This document shows, in pieces, positions 20,574 to 30,150 of a stretch of DNA of 64,000 nucleotides (positions are counted from its first letter, which is position 1; each line of letters opens with the position of its first letter). This stretch comes from Patescibacteria group bacterium (GTDB taxonomy: Bacteria > Patescibacteriota > Patescibacteriia > SG8-24 > DYFX01). The position numbers and the translations under genes are program-made. The stretch covers positions 733,640-797,639 of the forward strand of contig CP129476.1 of NCBI GenBank assembly GCA_030583805.1, given 5' to 3'. The notes below the pieces were generated by a model. That model ran no database searches. It had not been told where the DNA came from and saw only the letters and a list, made by a program, of their open reading frames with translations.

Positions 20574-21884
20574 ATGACGACTCCAGGCAAGATCGCTCGT
20601 TTCATCGGTCCCAACGTCGAGCTCGGTCTGTACTCGGACCGCGGCTACCCCACCCTCAAGGTGACCTTCACCGACGCAGAGGTGCGGATGCTCCGACAGG
20701 TCGGCGTCAACTGGCACTACTTCGAGCTTCCCATCGGGAAGACGCGGGAGTTCCTCGAGACGCCCGACGGCGTCACCAACTGGACCGAGGTCCTCAAGTG
20801 GCGGTACAAGATCCGCGAGGAGAGGACCGGTCAGGACAAGTACTGCACTGCGGAGACGAAGGTTCTCGTGGTCTTGATCACGGAAGCCAGCGGGGAGTTC
20901 GTCTTCTACCTGAAGGCGGAGGTCCTGCGTCTCCGCCGCGATGACGGCAGCAAGTTCGTCGTCGAGATCAAGCGGCGCTGCCCCTCCATCAAGGAGGCGT
21001 GCAGCGAGCCGGCGAAGCAGGACGTCGCCATCGACGCCTACAACCTCGCCAGCAAGGCCATGCAGCACGACTATCCCATGGTCGTGGACGGCATGAAGCA
21101 GGTGCTCGAGATGTTCAACAACCTGCTCGAGGTCGAGACCGTCGTCTACAAGGAGGACGAGAAGACCGAGGAGCGGAAGACGAGCGTCGTGCGCCTGCCC
21201 CGGGACCCCGAGGAGATGAAGATGCTCACCGCGATCTGCGGCGAGATGTTCACTGCCCTGCAGAAGATCGACGTGATCGATGGACGCGTTGCGCGCATCG
21301 AGTACATGAAGGGCATCCAGGGCGGCGTCGCGGAGTTCCGCAAGGAGCTCGAGGCCAAGGACGACGAGGCCAAGAAGCGCGAGTCGCAGGCTGCGAAGTA
21401 CGCGCGGGCCGAAGCGCAGCGCGAGCGTGCTCGTGCGGCGCGTGCCAACAACCTGTCGGACAACGGGGCGCAAGCCTCCGAGCCCGCGCAGGTCGCTGCC
21501 ACGCAGGACACCGCCCAGGTCGTGAACAACGACAGCCAGGCGGCGCCCACCGCGACCGAGGCGCCGAAGCAGGCGCAGATCAGGACGGCGGCTCCCAAGC
21601 CTCCCGTCACGACTGCGACCCTCGCGACGGCTCCCAAGGCGAAGTCCTTCAAGGATCTCGCCAAGAAGAAGGGCGGCAACAACGGTGTTGCTCGCCCGCA
21701 GCAGACGCTCGCCGAGCAGCTCGCTGCCAAGGGTCTCGTGCCCGCTCCCACCCCCCAGCCGGCCGCTCCCCCGGCCGAAACCCCCGAGGCCGCTCCCGCG
21801 GCCGCCGAGACGAAGCTCCCCGAGGAGCCCGTCACCGAGACGACCCCGCCCCCGGCCGACCCCACGGTCGCCACCGAGAGCTGA
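20574..21884 (+). CDS. hypothetical protein (436 aa) with a C-terminal Ala/Pro/Gln-rich low-complexity tail
   Basis: Strong SD aaggaggga 5 nt before the ATG. Globular N-terminal ~330 aa, then a tail such as PAPTPQPAAPPAETPEAAPAAAETKLPEEP. The listed ORF extends upstream in frame only through GC-rich sequence. Confidence 0.6.
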   Translation: MTTPGKIARFIGPNVELGLYSDRGYPTLKVTFTDAEVRMLRQVGVNWHYFELPIGKTREFLETPDGVTNWTEVLKWRYKIREERTGQDKYCTAETKVLVVLITEASGEFVFYLKAEVLRLRRDDGSKFVVEIKRRCPSIKEACSEPAKQDVAIDAYNLASKAMQHDYPMVVDGMKQVLEMFNNLLEVETVVYKEDEKTEERKTSVVRLPRDPEEMKMLTAICGEMFTALQKIDVIDGRVARIEYMKGIQGGVAEFRKELEAKDDEAKKRESQAAKYARAEAQRERARAARANNLSDNGAQASEPAQVAATQDTAQVVNNDSQAAPTATEAPKQAQIRTAAPKPPVTTATLATAPKAKSFKDLAKKKGGNNGVARPQQTLAEQLAAKGLVPAPTPQPAAPPAETPEAAPAAAETKLPEEPVTETTPPPADPTVATES

Positions 21885-22003
21885 TCGCCTCGCTCAGTCA
21901 GACCAAAGCGCCGTCCACTTCTCTGTGGGCGGCGTTTGTACATTCGGCGGGTTTTTTTGTTTTCAGCCACCTGGTACAATAGGCCTGTAAAAATACAGGC
22001 TGC

Positions 22004-24208
22004 ATGTCACAGAAATCACGGAAGAACGGCAACGGAAAGAAAGAGAAATCCCAAGAAAAGGGGCCCCGCCCGGACGCGCTGGAATTGAGCGACGACACGA
22101 AACGCGGACTCTTCACGATCCTGCTCTTGATCGTCGCGCTCCTTTTTACGCTGTCGGCCTTCGGTCTCGCCGGCGTCATCGGCGAATATTTGAACGGATT
22201 CAATCACAAGCTGCTCGGCAAGTTGTACGTGCTCTTGCCGGTCTTTTTGCTCTTTGTCGCGACCGGCCGCATGCGTAGCACCTGGAAAACATTCGATGCG
22301 GCCGGCAAGCTCGGCATGGGACTCTTCATTCTCACGCTTGGCGCCTTCATCCACCTCATGATGGCGCGCCCGGAGAGCGTCGTCTTCGGAAAAGGCCTCG
22401 AGGAGGGCGGAGGCTACCTCGGCATGTTGATCAGCTACCTCTTGGAACAGGGCCTCGGCTTCTGGGGCGCAGCAATCGTCTTGTCGGGCGGTCTTTTGGC
22501 GGCGCTCCTTCTGCTGTTCAAGACCTCGCTTGAACGCCTGGTCTTCCCGCATCAAGCGCTCTTGTCGTTCTTGAAGAAGAAGCCGGATGAAAGCGGCGGC
22601 ACGATCGGCGCGAGCCCTTCCATGCCGCAGGAAGCCAAACCGTCGTTCGAGGCCAAGGAAATGAAGGACGACGAGGACGATGACGCGATGCCGACCCCGG
22701 TCATCGCGGACGGCCATATCGAAGGCGGTTTGAAGAAGAAGGTTTGGCGCAAAGTGACGCTGCCGCTCGATCTGCTCAACAACAAATCGATGAAGCCGAC
22801 CTCCGGCGACATCGGACGCAACCAGCACATCATCCAAAAGACGCTCGAGAACTTCGGCGTGCCGTCGGAGATGGGCGAGGTTTCGATCGGTCCGACGGTC
22901 ACGCAGTTCACGCTCAAACCCCACGACGGCATCAAGCTGAACCGCATCACGGCGCTGAACAACGACCTGGCGCTCGCGCTTGCGGCGCATCCGATCCGCA
23001 TCGAAGCGCCGATCCCTGGAAAATCGCTGGTCGGCATCGAAGTGCCGAACCAGGCCGTTGCCATCGTGAACTTGCGGGAAATCCTGGAGTCGCAGGAATT
23101 CCGTTCTTCACGCGCCGCCTTGCGCGTCGCGCTCGGCAAGGACGTCGCCGGCAAGCCGTGGCTCGCCGACCTCGCCAAGATGCCGCACATGCTCGTGGCC
23201 GGTTCGACCGGTTCCGGCAAAACCGTTTGCTTGAACTCGATCATCGTTTCGCTTCTCTACAGCCACGGTCCGGACGAGCTCCGCTTCATCATGGTCGATC
23301 CGAAGCGCGTCGAGCTCACGGCCTACAACAACATCCCGCACCTGCTCGTCCCGGCCATCACCGACGTCGCGAAAACGCTGAACGCCCTCAAGTGGACGAT
23401 CGGCGAAATGGACCGCCGCTTCACGCAACTCGCCCGCTACGGCAAGCGCGATATCGCTTCCTATAACGAAGCGGCTGACGAAAAGATGCCGTATCTCGTC
23501 GTCGTGATCGACGAGCTCGCCGACCTCATGGTCTCGAGCGCCGGCAAGGACGTCGAAACGTGCATCATCCGCTTGGCGCAAATGGCGCGCGCCGTCGGCA
23601 TCCACCTGATTCTCGCGACGCAGCGCCCGTCCGTCGACGTCATCACCGGCCTCATCAAAGCGAACTTCAACGCGCGCATCGCCTTTGCCGTCGCTTCCGG
23701 CACGGACTCGCGCACGATCCTCGACTCGCTCGGCGCGGAGAAACTCGTCGGCCGCGGCGACATGCTCTTCACCTCCGCCGAACTTTCGAAACCGAAGCGC
23801 TTGCAAGGCACCTACATTTCCGATCTTGAGATCAAGAAAGTCACGGACTTCATCAAGAGCAACTTCGACGCGCCGGAATACCAGCACGAGATCGTCGACC
23901 GGCTCGGCAACACCTCGAACGGCGTGGCCTTCAACGACGACGGCGGCAACGACGAACCCCTTCTCCAGGAAGCGCAGGACATCGTCGTGCGCGCCGGCAA
24001 GGCATCGGCTTCATTCCTCCAGCGCCGCATGAAGATCGGCTACGCGCGCGCGGCCCGCATTCTCGATTTGCTTGAAGAAAAAGGCGTGATCGGTCCCGGC
24101 GACGGCGCAAAACCGCGCGATATTCTGATGGCGCGCCCGGCCGGCGTCGAAGAAGAACCTGACGAAGAATCCATCGATGGCGAGATGCCGGAGGATCGTG
24201 TAGTCTAG
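22004..24208 (+). CDS. ftsK: DNA translocase FtsK/SpoIIIE
   Basis: N-terminal TM segments, Walker A MLVAGSTGSGKTVCLNSII, Walker B LVVVIDELADLM, and a C-terminal gamma-like winged-helix segment. Confidence 0.92.
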   Translation: MSQKSRKNGNGKKEKSQEKGPRPDALELSDDTKRGLFTILLLIVALLFTLSAFGLAGVIGEYLNGFNHKLLGKLYVLLPVFLLFVATGRMRSTWKTFDAAGKLGMGLFILTLGAFIHLMMARPESVVFGKGLEEGGGYLGMLISYLLEQGLGFWGAAIVLSGGLLAALLLLFKTSLERLVFPHQALLSFLKKKPDESGGTIGASPSMPQEAKPSFEAKEMKDDEDDDAMPTPVIADGHIEGGLKKKVWRKVTLPLDLLNNKSMKPTSGDIGRNQHIIQKTLENFGVPSEMGEVSIGPTVTQFTLKPHDGIKLNRITALNNDLALALAAHPIRIEAPIPGKSLVGIEVPNQAVAIVNLREILESQEFRSSRAALRVALGKDVAGKPWLADLAKMPHMLVAGSTGSGKTVCLNSIIVSLLYSHGPDELRFIMVDPKRVELTAYNNIPHLLVPAITDVAKTLNALKWTIGEMDRRFTQLARYGKRDIASYNEAADEKMPYLVVVIDELADLMVSSAGKDVETCIIRLAQMARAVGIHLILATQRPSVDVITGLIKANFNARIAFAVASGTDSRTILDSLGAEKLVGRGDMLFTSAELSKPKRLQGTYISDLEIKKVTDFIKSNFDAPEYQHEIVDRLGNTSNGVAFNDDGGNDEPLLQEAQDIVVRAGKASASFLQRRMKIGYARAARILDLLEEKGVIGPGDGAKPRDILMARPAGVEEEPDEESIDGEMPEDRVV

Positions 24209-24214
24209 TCCGGT

Positions 24215-24922
24215 ATGGTCGCATTTCAAGAAAAAAGTCTCGACGATCGCACGATCGGCGAAGCCCTTCGCGCCGCGCGCGAAGAACGCGGCGAAACGCT
24301 CGAAGACGTCGAGCGCGTCACGCATGTCAGCAAAAAATACATCGCGGCGGTCGAGAATAACGACCTGAAGAAGCTGCCGGAAGCCGTCTACACGAAAAAA
24401 TTCGTGAGGGCGCTCGCTTCGCATTACGGACTCGATCCCGAAGCCGCAGCCGAAAGCCTCCTCAAAGAGGTTTCAGCCGGTGCGGGCGCCTTGGCCGTGC
24501 AGCGCCCCGTGAACTACGTCGAAGGCCGCTCCCTGGTCGCTTCTCCCATCCTGCTCAAATCCGTCCTGATCGCCGTCGCCTTCGTCGGGATCCTCGGATA
24601 CTTCGCCTTTTCCGTGCGCAGCATCCTGAAACCGCCGAGCGTCACGCTCTACTCGCCGCACGACGACCAAGTTTTCTCGACGGGCCGCGTCGTCCTTGAA
24701 GGGCAGACGGAGCGCGAGGTCGATCTCGCGGTGAACGGCGAGCCCGTCTCGATCGAAGCGGACGGATCGTTCAAGGACGTCCTGAATCTCCCACCCGGTG
24801 TCTCGACCTTGCGCCTCATCGCCAAGAAAAAGCACTCGCGCGAACAGGAAATTTTCATCAAAGTCGTGATCGACGAGCCAAAAGAACTAGGGAGCGCGAG
24901 CGGAACGGAAGCCGAGCCATAA
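24215..24922 (+). CDS. RodZ-like cytoskeleton-associated protein (HTH + TM + C-terminal domain)
   Basis: XRE-type HTH LGEALRAAREERGETLEDVERVTHVSKKYIAAVENND, a KFVRALASHYGLD segment and a single TM ILLKSVLIAVAFVGILGYFAF. Confidence 0.7.
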   Translation: MVAFQEKSLDDRTIGEALRAAREERGETLEDVERVTHVSKKYIAAVENNDLKKLPEAVYTKKFVRALASHYGLDPEAAAESLLKEVSAGAGALAVQRPVNYVEGRSLVASPILLKSVLIAVAFVGILGYFAFSVRSILKPPSVTLYSPHDDQVFSTGRVVLEGQTEREVDLAVNGEPVSIEADGSFKDVLNLPPGVSTLRLIAKKKHSREQEIFIKVVIDEPKELGSASGTEAEP

Positions 24923-25046
24923 GATATCCCCAGGCGAGCACTTGTCGTGTTCGCCTTTTGTTCATCTACAATGTTGACATCGCGTTTCTGGTTATGAAAG
25001 GACGCAACGCGTAAGATGTCTAAGCATTCATTTCTAACGTGCACGT

Positions 25047-26111
25047 ATGGCGAAGGCAGTAGTGGACGAACGGTTCAAAGCAACAGAAGAAGCGATCGAT
25101 CAGATTCGCAGCAAGTTCGGCGAGGGCTCGATCATGCGGCTTGGCGACGCGAAGAAGATGCAGGTCGCCTCGATCCCGACAGGCTGTCTGTCTCTGGATT
25201 TGGCGCTCGGTATCGGCGGCGTCCCGCGCGGACGCGTCGTCGAGATTTACGGACCGGAGTCTTCGGGTAAAACGACGCTCGCCCAGCACATCATCGCCGA
25301 AGTCCAGAAGATCGGCGGTCTCGCCGCCTTCGTCGACGCCGAGCACGCGCTCGATCCGGCGTATGCCGAAAAAATCGGCGTGAAGATCAACGACATGCTG
25401 ATCTCGCAGCCGGACACCGGCGAGCAAGCGCTCGACATCGTTGAAACCCTCGTCCGTTCCGGCGCCGTCGACGTCATCGTCGTCGACTCGGTCGCCGCGC
25501 TCGTACCGAAGGCCGAAATCGACGGCGAGATGGGCGATTCGCACATGGGCCTCCAGGCGCGCCTCATGTCGCAAGCGCTCCGCAAGCTGACCGGTATCGT
25601 CTCCAAGACGAAAACCTGCGTCATCTTCATCAACCAGATCCGCATGAAGATCGGCGTCGTCTTCGGCAATCCGGAAACGACGACCGGCGGCACGGCCCTC
25701 AAGTTTTACGCCTCTCAGCGCATCGAAGTGCGCCGCTCCGCCCAGCTGAAGAAGGAAGACAAAGTCATCGGCAACCAGGTCAACGTAAAGATCGTAAAGA
25801 ACAAGGTCGCTCCCCCGTTCCGCACCACCTCGTTCGAGATCATGTACAACGAGGGCATCTCGCTCTCCGGCGATACGCTCGACACCGGCGTGCTCCACGG
25901 CATCATTCAAAAGAGCGGGAACTCCTACACGTTCAACGGCGAGAAACTCGGCGTCGGACGCGAAACGGCTAAGGCTTTCTTGAAAGAGAATCCGAAACTC
26001 ATGAAAGCCGTACGCGAGCTCGTCATGAAAACGGTCAACGCCGGCAACGAGGCGGAGGCCGTCGAGGAAGCAGAGTATCGCGCGAAAGTCGAAGAGGCTG
26101 CGGCAGCCTGA
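25047..26111 (+). CDS. recA: recombinase RecA
   Basis: [27 protein letters not shown] (Walker A), IVVDSVAAL and the [23 protein letters not shown]2 loop. Confidence 0.97.
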   Translation: MAKAVVDERFKATEEAIDQIRSKFGEGSIMRLGDAKKMQVASIPTGCLSLDLALGIGGVPRGRVVEIYGPESSGKTTLAQHIIAEVQKIGGLAAFVDAEHALDPAYAEKIGVKINDMLISQPDTGEQALDIVETLVRSGAVDVIVVDSVAALVPKAEIDGEMGDSHMGLQARLMSQALRKLTGIVSKTKTCVIFINQIRMKIGVVFGNPETTTGGTALKFYASQRIEVRRSAQLKKEDKVIGNQVNVKIVKNKVAPPFRTTSFEIMYNEGISLSGDTLDTGVLHGIIQKSGNSYTFNGEKLGVGRETAKAFLKENPKLMKAVRELVMKTVNAGNEAEAVEEAEYRAKVEEAAAA

Positions 26112-26112
26112 A

Positions 26113-26148
26113 CAAAAAAGCCCTCGACCTGCGTCGGGGGCTTTTTTG
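26113..26148. terminator. bidirectional terminator between recA and the convergent SET-domain gene
   Basis: aaaaaagccctcgac-ctgc-gtcgggggctttttt. Confidence 0.65.
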
Positions 26149-26583
26149 TTACGTCTTCTTTTTTGGTTGATGGCGGTGCTTCTTCGCTCCGCACCTGCAG
26201 CCATAGGGGGCAATCCAGTGATCGAAGTAATCCTTGCCGTAATCAACGGTCAGTTCCTCCCCCGCCTTGATGTTTTTCAGGGCGTAATAGAATACCCGCC
26301 CGCTTTTCCTGATGCTGTAATCGCAATTCGGCTTGCAGGAATGGTTCACGTAGCGCGCGAGGTTCTTGCGCGTGGAACCATCGATATTTACGTTTTTCTT
26401 CACCTCAAAAATATATCGATTGTTCAGCGTATCCGCTTTTGCGTCGCTGACGCGCTTGCCCGTGTATTCGACGATCGTTTGGCCCTTCTTGATTTTTTCA
26501 ACGCAAATAAGACCGAGGCCGCTCAGGCCCCGTCTTTTCTTGAGCAATTCGACTGGCAGGGGTTCGTAACGCATCAGGCCCAA
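26149..26583 (-). CDS. SET-domain protein (putative protein-lysine N-methyltransferase)
   Basis: Hallmark SET motifs RYVNHSCKPNC and ELTVDYG, plus a C-terminal Cys cluster CRCGAKKH (post-SET-like). Confidence 0.8.
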   Translation of the reverse strand: MGLMRYEPLPVELLKKRRGLSGLGLICVEKIKKGQTIVEYTGKRVSDAKADTLNNRYIFEVKKNVNIDGSTRKNLARYVNHSCKPNCDYSIRKSGRVFYYALKNIKAGEELTVDYGKDYFDHWIAPYGCRCGAKKHRHQPKKKT

Positions 26584-26996
26584 ACGGCGAGAATTCCGCC
26601 CATAAGCATGAGACCGGCCAGCTGATACGCCGCGTTGATGACGGCGACCTCTTTCTTCTTGCCTTCAAACAGCACGCTTTGAATGACCATGGTGAGCTGG
26701 AAACCGAGCCAGATCCAGAATCCCGCCTGCATGCCCTCCGACCAGGTAACGGAAACGGTGTAGTCGACGAAGTGCGCGAGGACATAGGCCGTGAGCAGCG
26801 AGAGCGGCACCATCCACATCATCGCTTTCATGCCCTCTTTCTTTTTCTTGTCGTCCATCGGCATGTTCGGATCCATGCCCATGCCTTTCATCCAAGCCTT
26901 GCCGAACAACGGGCCGTACCACAACGAGCCGAGCGCCATGTTAGCGGCGGCGGCAACGACGACTGCGTACAGGTTGATCGTAACGTCAGAAATCAT
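26574..26996 (-). CDS. DUF1761-like small membrane protein
   Basis: GSLWYGPLFGKAWMKGMG segment and four hydrophobic helices. Confidence 0.55.
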   Translation of the reverse strand: MISDVTINLYAVVVAAAANMALGSLWYGPLFGKAWMKGMGMDPNMPMDDKKKKEGMKAMMWMVPLSLLTAYVLAHFVDYTVSVTWSEGMQAGFWIWLGFQLTMVIQSVLFEGKKKEVAVINAAYQLAGLMLMGGILAVWA

Positions 26997-27052
26997 GGTG
27001 CTTCGTTATAGAAGAAAATCTGCCTATAGCGTAGCAGATTTTCTTGGGCTGT

Positions 27053-27616
27053 CTATTGGTTGGCGCGCTCGACGTATTCGCCCGTGTCCGTGTTGATCGA
27101 GAGGAGATCGCCTTCCTTGATGAAGATCGGGACTTTGATCTTGTAGCCGGTTTCAAGCGTGACTTCCTTGGTGATGTTGCCGGACGAGTCGCCTTTCACG
27201 GCGTCGAACGCTTCCGTCACCTTCAGCACCATCTTCTTCGGCAAGACGACGTTCAGGCACTCGCCTTCGTAGAAGAAGCCCTGGATTTCTTGGCCTTCCT
27301 TCAGGTAGTTCGCCTTTTCGGCGAGGACTTCCTTCGGAATGAAGATCTCCTCGAAGCTCGCCTGGTCCATGAAGAACCAGTTCTTGCCGTCGTTGTACGT
27401 GTACTGGAGGTTGCGGCGCTCGAGATCAACGAATTCGACCGACTCCGCCGCCTTGTAGGTGTTTTCAAAGACTTTGCCGGTGCGCGCGTTCTTGAGGCGC
27501 GTGCGGACGAACGAGCCGCCCTTGCCGGGGTTCACATGCTGAAACTCGACGACGATATGGGGCTCGTCCTTGTACATCACGACAGACTCTTTGTTGATTT
27601 CGTTGACGGAGGGCAT
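27053..27616 (-). CDS. efp: elongation factor P
   Basis: 187 aa. The HVNPGKGGSFVRTRLKN loop carries the conserved modifiable Lys. Three-domain EF-P layout. Confidence 0.93.
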   Translation of the reverse strand: MPSVNEINKESVVMYKDEPHIVVEFQHVNPGKGGSFVRTRLKNARTGKVFENTYKAAESVEFVDLERRNLQYTYNDGKNWFFMDQASFEEIFIPKEVLAEKANYLKEGQEIQGFFYEGECLNVVLPKKMVLKVTEAFDAVKGDSSGNITKEVTLETGYKIKVPIFIKEGDLLSINTDTGEYVERANQ

Positions 27617-27732
27617 AGCGGTTGTTTACTTCCCGGCAAGTGTAGCCGCCGGGTTGAATCTTGACAAGACAGAGCGCATTTCAGGTGAGAGAAGGTGCTG
27701 TTCTGCGCGATTCCGTGACATTCTTCCTTGTT

Positions 27733-28785
27733 TCAAGCCTTTTTATCTTGAAACATGACGCCCGCCGGAAACGCGAGCACGCGGCGGATATCCTCCTCCC
27801 CCGCCAGCAGCATGACGAGCCGATCAATGCCGAGCGCGATGCCGCCGGATGCGGGCATGCCCGCTTCCAGGGCGGCGAGAAAATCCTCGTCGGGCGCATA
27901 GTCGATGCGGCCGAGCTGTTGGCGCAGCGCGCGTTCCTCCTCCAACCGCTTGCGCTGCTCTTTCGCATCCGTCAGCTCGGTGAACGCATTGGCCAGTTCC
28001 AGTCCGCCGATATAGAGCTCGAAACGTTCGGCATAGCGAGGGTCGCGTGCTGAAGGTTTCGAAAGCGCGGCCATCGAGACAGGATAGTCGTACAGGAATG
28101 TCGGAACCTTTTTACCAAGCTGCGGTTCGACGGCGTTCAGGAAGACGCTGAAAAACGCGTCGTCCCATGCGGTTTCGGCAGGCAGCGCGTGGCCAAGACG
28201 GGCCGCGACATCAAGCAAGATTTTTTTGTCGGAAAGCGCCGCATCAAGATCCACGTCGGCGTGGCGTCGCATCGCTTCCGCGACTGTCAGACGCTCCCAC
28301 GGCTGTCCAAGATCGAGCGTTTCGCCGCGCCACGACAACACCTTTGTGCCGAGAACGCGCTCCGCCGTTTCTTTCACCAACGCTTCCGTTTCATCCATGA
28401 TGCCGCGGTAGTCGGTTTCCGTCCGGTACCACTCAAGCATCGTGAACTCGGGGTTATGGCGGCCTTCGAAGGCCTCGCCGTTCCGGAAGCACTTGGCGAG
28501 CTGATAGATTTTCGGAAAGCCGGCGACGAGCAATTTCTTCATCGCGTACTCGGGCGACGTGATGAGAAAAGCCTCGGAAGCATTGCCGAAGGGATCGCGG
28601 ACCGTCGTCTGGAACGGCTCGAGGTGCGGTTCCATGCCGGGCTTGGCGACGACGAGCGGCGTCTCGACTTCAAGATAGCCGCGCGCGTCGAAAAAAGCGC
28701 GGACGGCCGCGATCGTCTTGGCGCGCAGTTCGAGATTCTTCCGAAGCTGCGCATCGTTCTTCAACTGTTTCCAGCGTGGTTCCAT
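27733..28785 (-). CDS. epmA: EF-P lysine aminoacylase EpmA (GenX/PoxA; class II LysRS catalytic-domain paralogue)
   Basis: Class II aaRS motifs (FRNGEAFEGRHNPEFTMLEWY; GGIALGIDRLVMLL) without an anticodon-binding domain. It lies adjacent to efp. Confidence 0.8.
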   Translation of the reverse strand: MEPRWKQLKNDAQLRKNLELRAKTIAAVRAFFDARGYLEVETPLVVAKPGMEPHLEPFQTTVRDPFGNASEAFLITSPEYAMKKLLVAGFPKIYQLAKCFRNGEAFEGRHNPEFTMLEWYRTETDYRGIMDETEALVKETAERVLGTKVLSWRGETLDLGQPWERLTVAEAMRRHADVDLDAALSDKKILLDVAARLGHALPAETAWDDAFFSVFLNAVEPQLGKKVPTFLYDYPVSMAALSKPSARDPRYAERFELYIGGLELANAFTELTDAKEQRKRLEEERALRQQLGRIDYAPDEDFLAALEAGMPASGGIALGIDRLVMLLAGEEDIRRVLAFPAGVMFQDKKA

Positions 28786-28828
28786 AGATACGGAAATCCC
28801 GACGTTTGGCGTCGGGATTTCGCACGTC

Positions 28829-29062
28829 TTACTTGATGACGAACGGCATCAAGGCAAGGACGCGGGCTTTCTTGATGGCGTTGGCCAGCTTGCGCTGGTG
28901 CCAGCCGCAGACGCCGGATCGGCGGCGCGGAACGATTTTGGCGTAGGAGGAGGTGAAGCGGCGAAGCATCTGCGTGTCCTTGTAATCGATGACGTCGATT
29001 TGGTTCACGCAGAAGAAGCAGTGCCGTTCCTGTCCCAATGGGGTTTTCTTCTGGGGAGGCAT
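28829..29062 (-). CDS. rpsR: 30S ribosomal protein S18
   Basis: Trimmed to MPPQKKTPLGQERHCFFC..IDYKD...RSGVCGWHQRKLANAIKKARVLALMP, which is canonical bS18. Confidence 0.9.
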   Translation of the reverse strand: MPPQKKTPLGQERHCFFCVNQIDVIDYKDTQMLRRFTSSYAKIVPRRRSGVCGWHQRKLANAIKKARVLALMPFVIK

Positions 29063-29063
29063 A

Positions 29064-29498
29064 TTAGAAAGGGATGTCTTCGACTTTGATTTCTTCCTCA
29101 ACGGGCGGGGCGGCCGGAGCAGGAGTCGTTGCGGGCATCTCGCTCACCATGCGCGGTGCGGAGCCTTGCGGCGCCTTGTCGAGCATGATCATGTTTTCAG
29201 CGACGATTTCCGTGCGGCTCTTCTTCGTACCATCGTTGCCCTGCCATTCGCGCGTCTGCAAGCGTCCTTCCACGAAGACCTTGCGGCCTTTGCCGAGGAA
29301 TTGCTGGCAGATTTCGGCCAGCTTGCCCCAGGCGACGATATTGTGGAATTCGACGCGTTCCTGCTTCTGGCCCGAGGCGTCCTTCCATTGGCTGGAGGTC
29401 GCGACTCCGAAAGAGGAAACGGTCTGGCCGTTCGGCGTGGTCCGGGTTTCCGGGTCACGCGTAAGGTTGCCGATCAGTTGCGCGCGGTTGAGGTTCAT
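29064..29498 (-). CDS. ssb: single-stranded DNA-binding protein
   Basis: MNLNRAQLIGNLTRDPETRTTPNGQTVSSFGVATS...FHNIVAWGKLAE OB-fold and an acidic C-terminal tip EDIPF. Confidence 0.93.
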   Translation of the reverse strand: MNLNRAQLIGNLTRDPETRTTPNGQTVSSFGVATSSQWKDASGQKQERVEFHNIVAWGKLAEICQQFLGKGRKVFVEGRLQTREWQGNDGTKKSRTEIVAENMIMLDKAPQGSAPRMVSEMPATTPAPAAPPVEEEIKVEDIPF

Positions 29499-29504
29499 AG
29501 TCGT

Positions 29505-29987
29505 TTAGACGATTTTACCTTCGAGAATCTTGTCGATGTTCTTCTCGACTTCGTCCATGTTGACTTCGACTTTCTTTTCAGCCGCCTTCGGAGCGGCAGC
29601 GCCCTGGCGCTCGCGGGTGGCGCGCTCGGCGGAATCGCTGCGGCGCGGAGCCTCGCGGTCGATCTCTTCCATGGCGTTCAGCTTGAAGACCGGCTTGGCC
29701 TTCGGGTCCTTGAGCATCAGGCTGTGGCGCAGCACGTCGGTGTGCAGGCGCATGAGCTCGTTGAGCGCCGCGACTTTCGGCGCCTCGAGGTCCATGTCGA
29801 CCAGGACGTAGTAGCCGTAGCGGACGTGGTCGACCGGGTAGGTCAACTTGATCTTACCGACCATCTCGTTGCGGGAGATGGTGACGCCCAGACCGGTCAG
29901 CGCCTTCGTAATGGCGTCGATCACCGGCTGGAGCTCCGTCTCGGCGTAGGTCGCCGGGATGATGTAGAGGAGTTCGTAGCGGGACAT
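29505..29987 (-). CDS. rpsF: 30S ribosomal protein S6
   Basis: MSRYELLYIIPATYAETE...YGYYVLVDMD is the bS6 fold, extended by a C-terminal tail. It sits at the head of the rpsF-ssb-rpsR operon. Confidence 0.9.
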   Translation of the reverse strand: MSRYELLYIIPATYAETELQPVIDAITKALTGLGVTISRNEMVGKIKLTYPVDHVRYGYYVLVDMDLEAPKVAALNELMRLHTDVLRHSLMLKDPKAKPVFKLNAMEEIDREAPRRSDSAERATRERQGAAAPKAAEKKVEVNMDEVEKNIDKILEGKIV

Positions 29988-30044
29988 GTACCTTAGATTA
30001 ATAGAATTTCCCGGAACATGGGCTGGTTCCGATGGAAAGGCTTG

Positions 30045-30076
30045 TATTATCAGGGCTTTCGCCCAGTTGTAAGCAA
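30045..30076 (-). promoter_or_regulatory. candidate promoter of the rpsF-ssb-rpsR operon
   Basis: On the minus strand: TTGCTT, an 18-nt spacer, then TGATAAT (extended -10-like), about 50 nt upstream of the rpsF ATG. Confidence 0.35.
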
Positions 30077-30120
30077 CCGGACGATATCATAGACCCAAAA
30101 ATCGCGCAAGACCCGGGAGA

Positions 30121-30150
30121 AGAAAAGACGACCCCCGGGAGAGGGTCGTC
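30121..30150 (-). terminator. rho-independent terminator of the 298-aa hypothetical gene
   Basis: gacgaccc-ccgggaga-gggtcgtc, followed on the minus strand by TTTTCT. Confidence 0.6.

Noticed and set aside
24930-25046. LexA/Cheo-box SOS operator upstream of recA
   Set aside because: No CTGT-N8-ACAG or CGAACRNRYGTTYC-like site could be found. Only a terminator-like hairpin and a weak -35/-10 are present.
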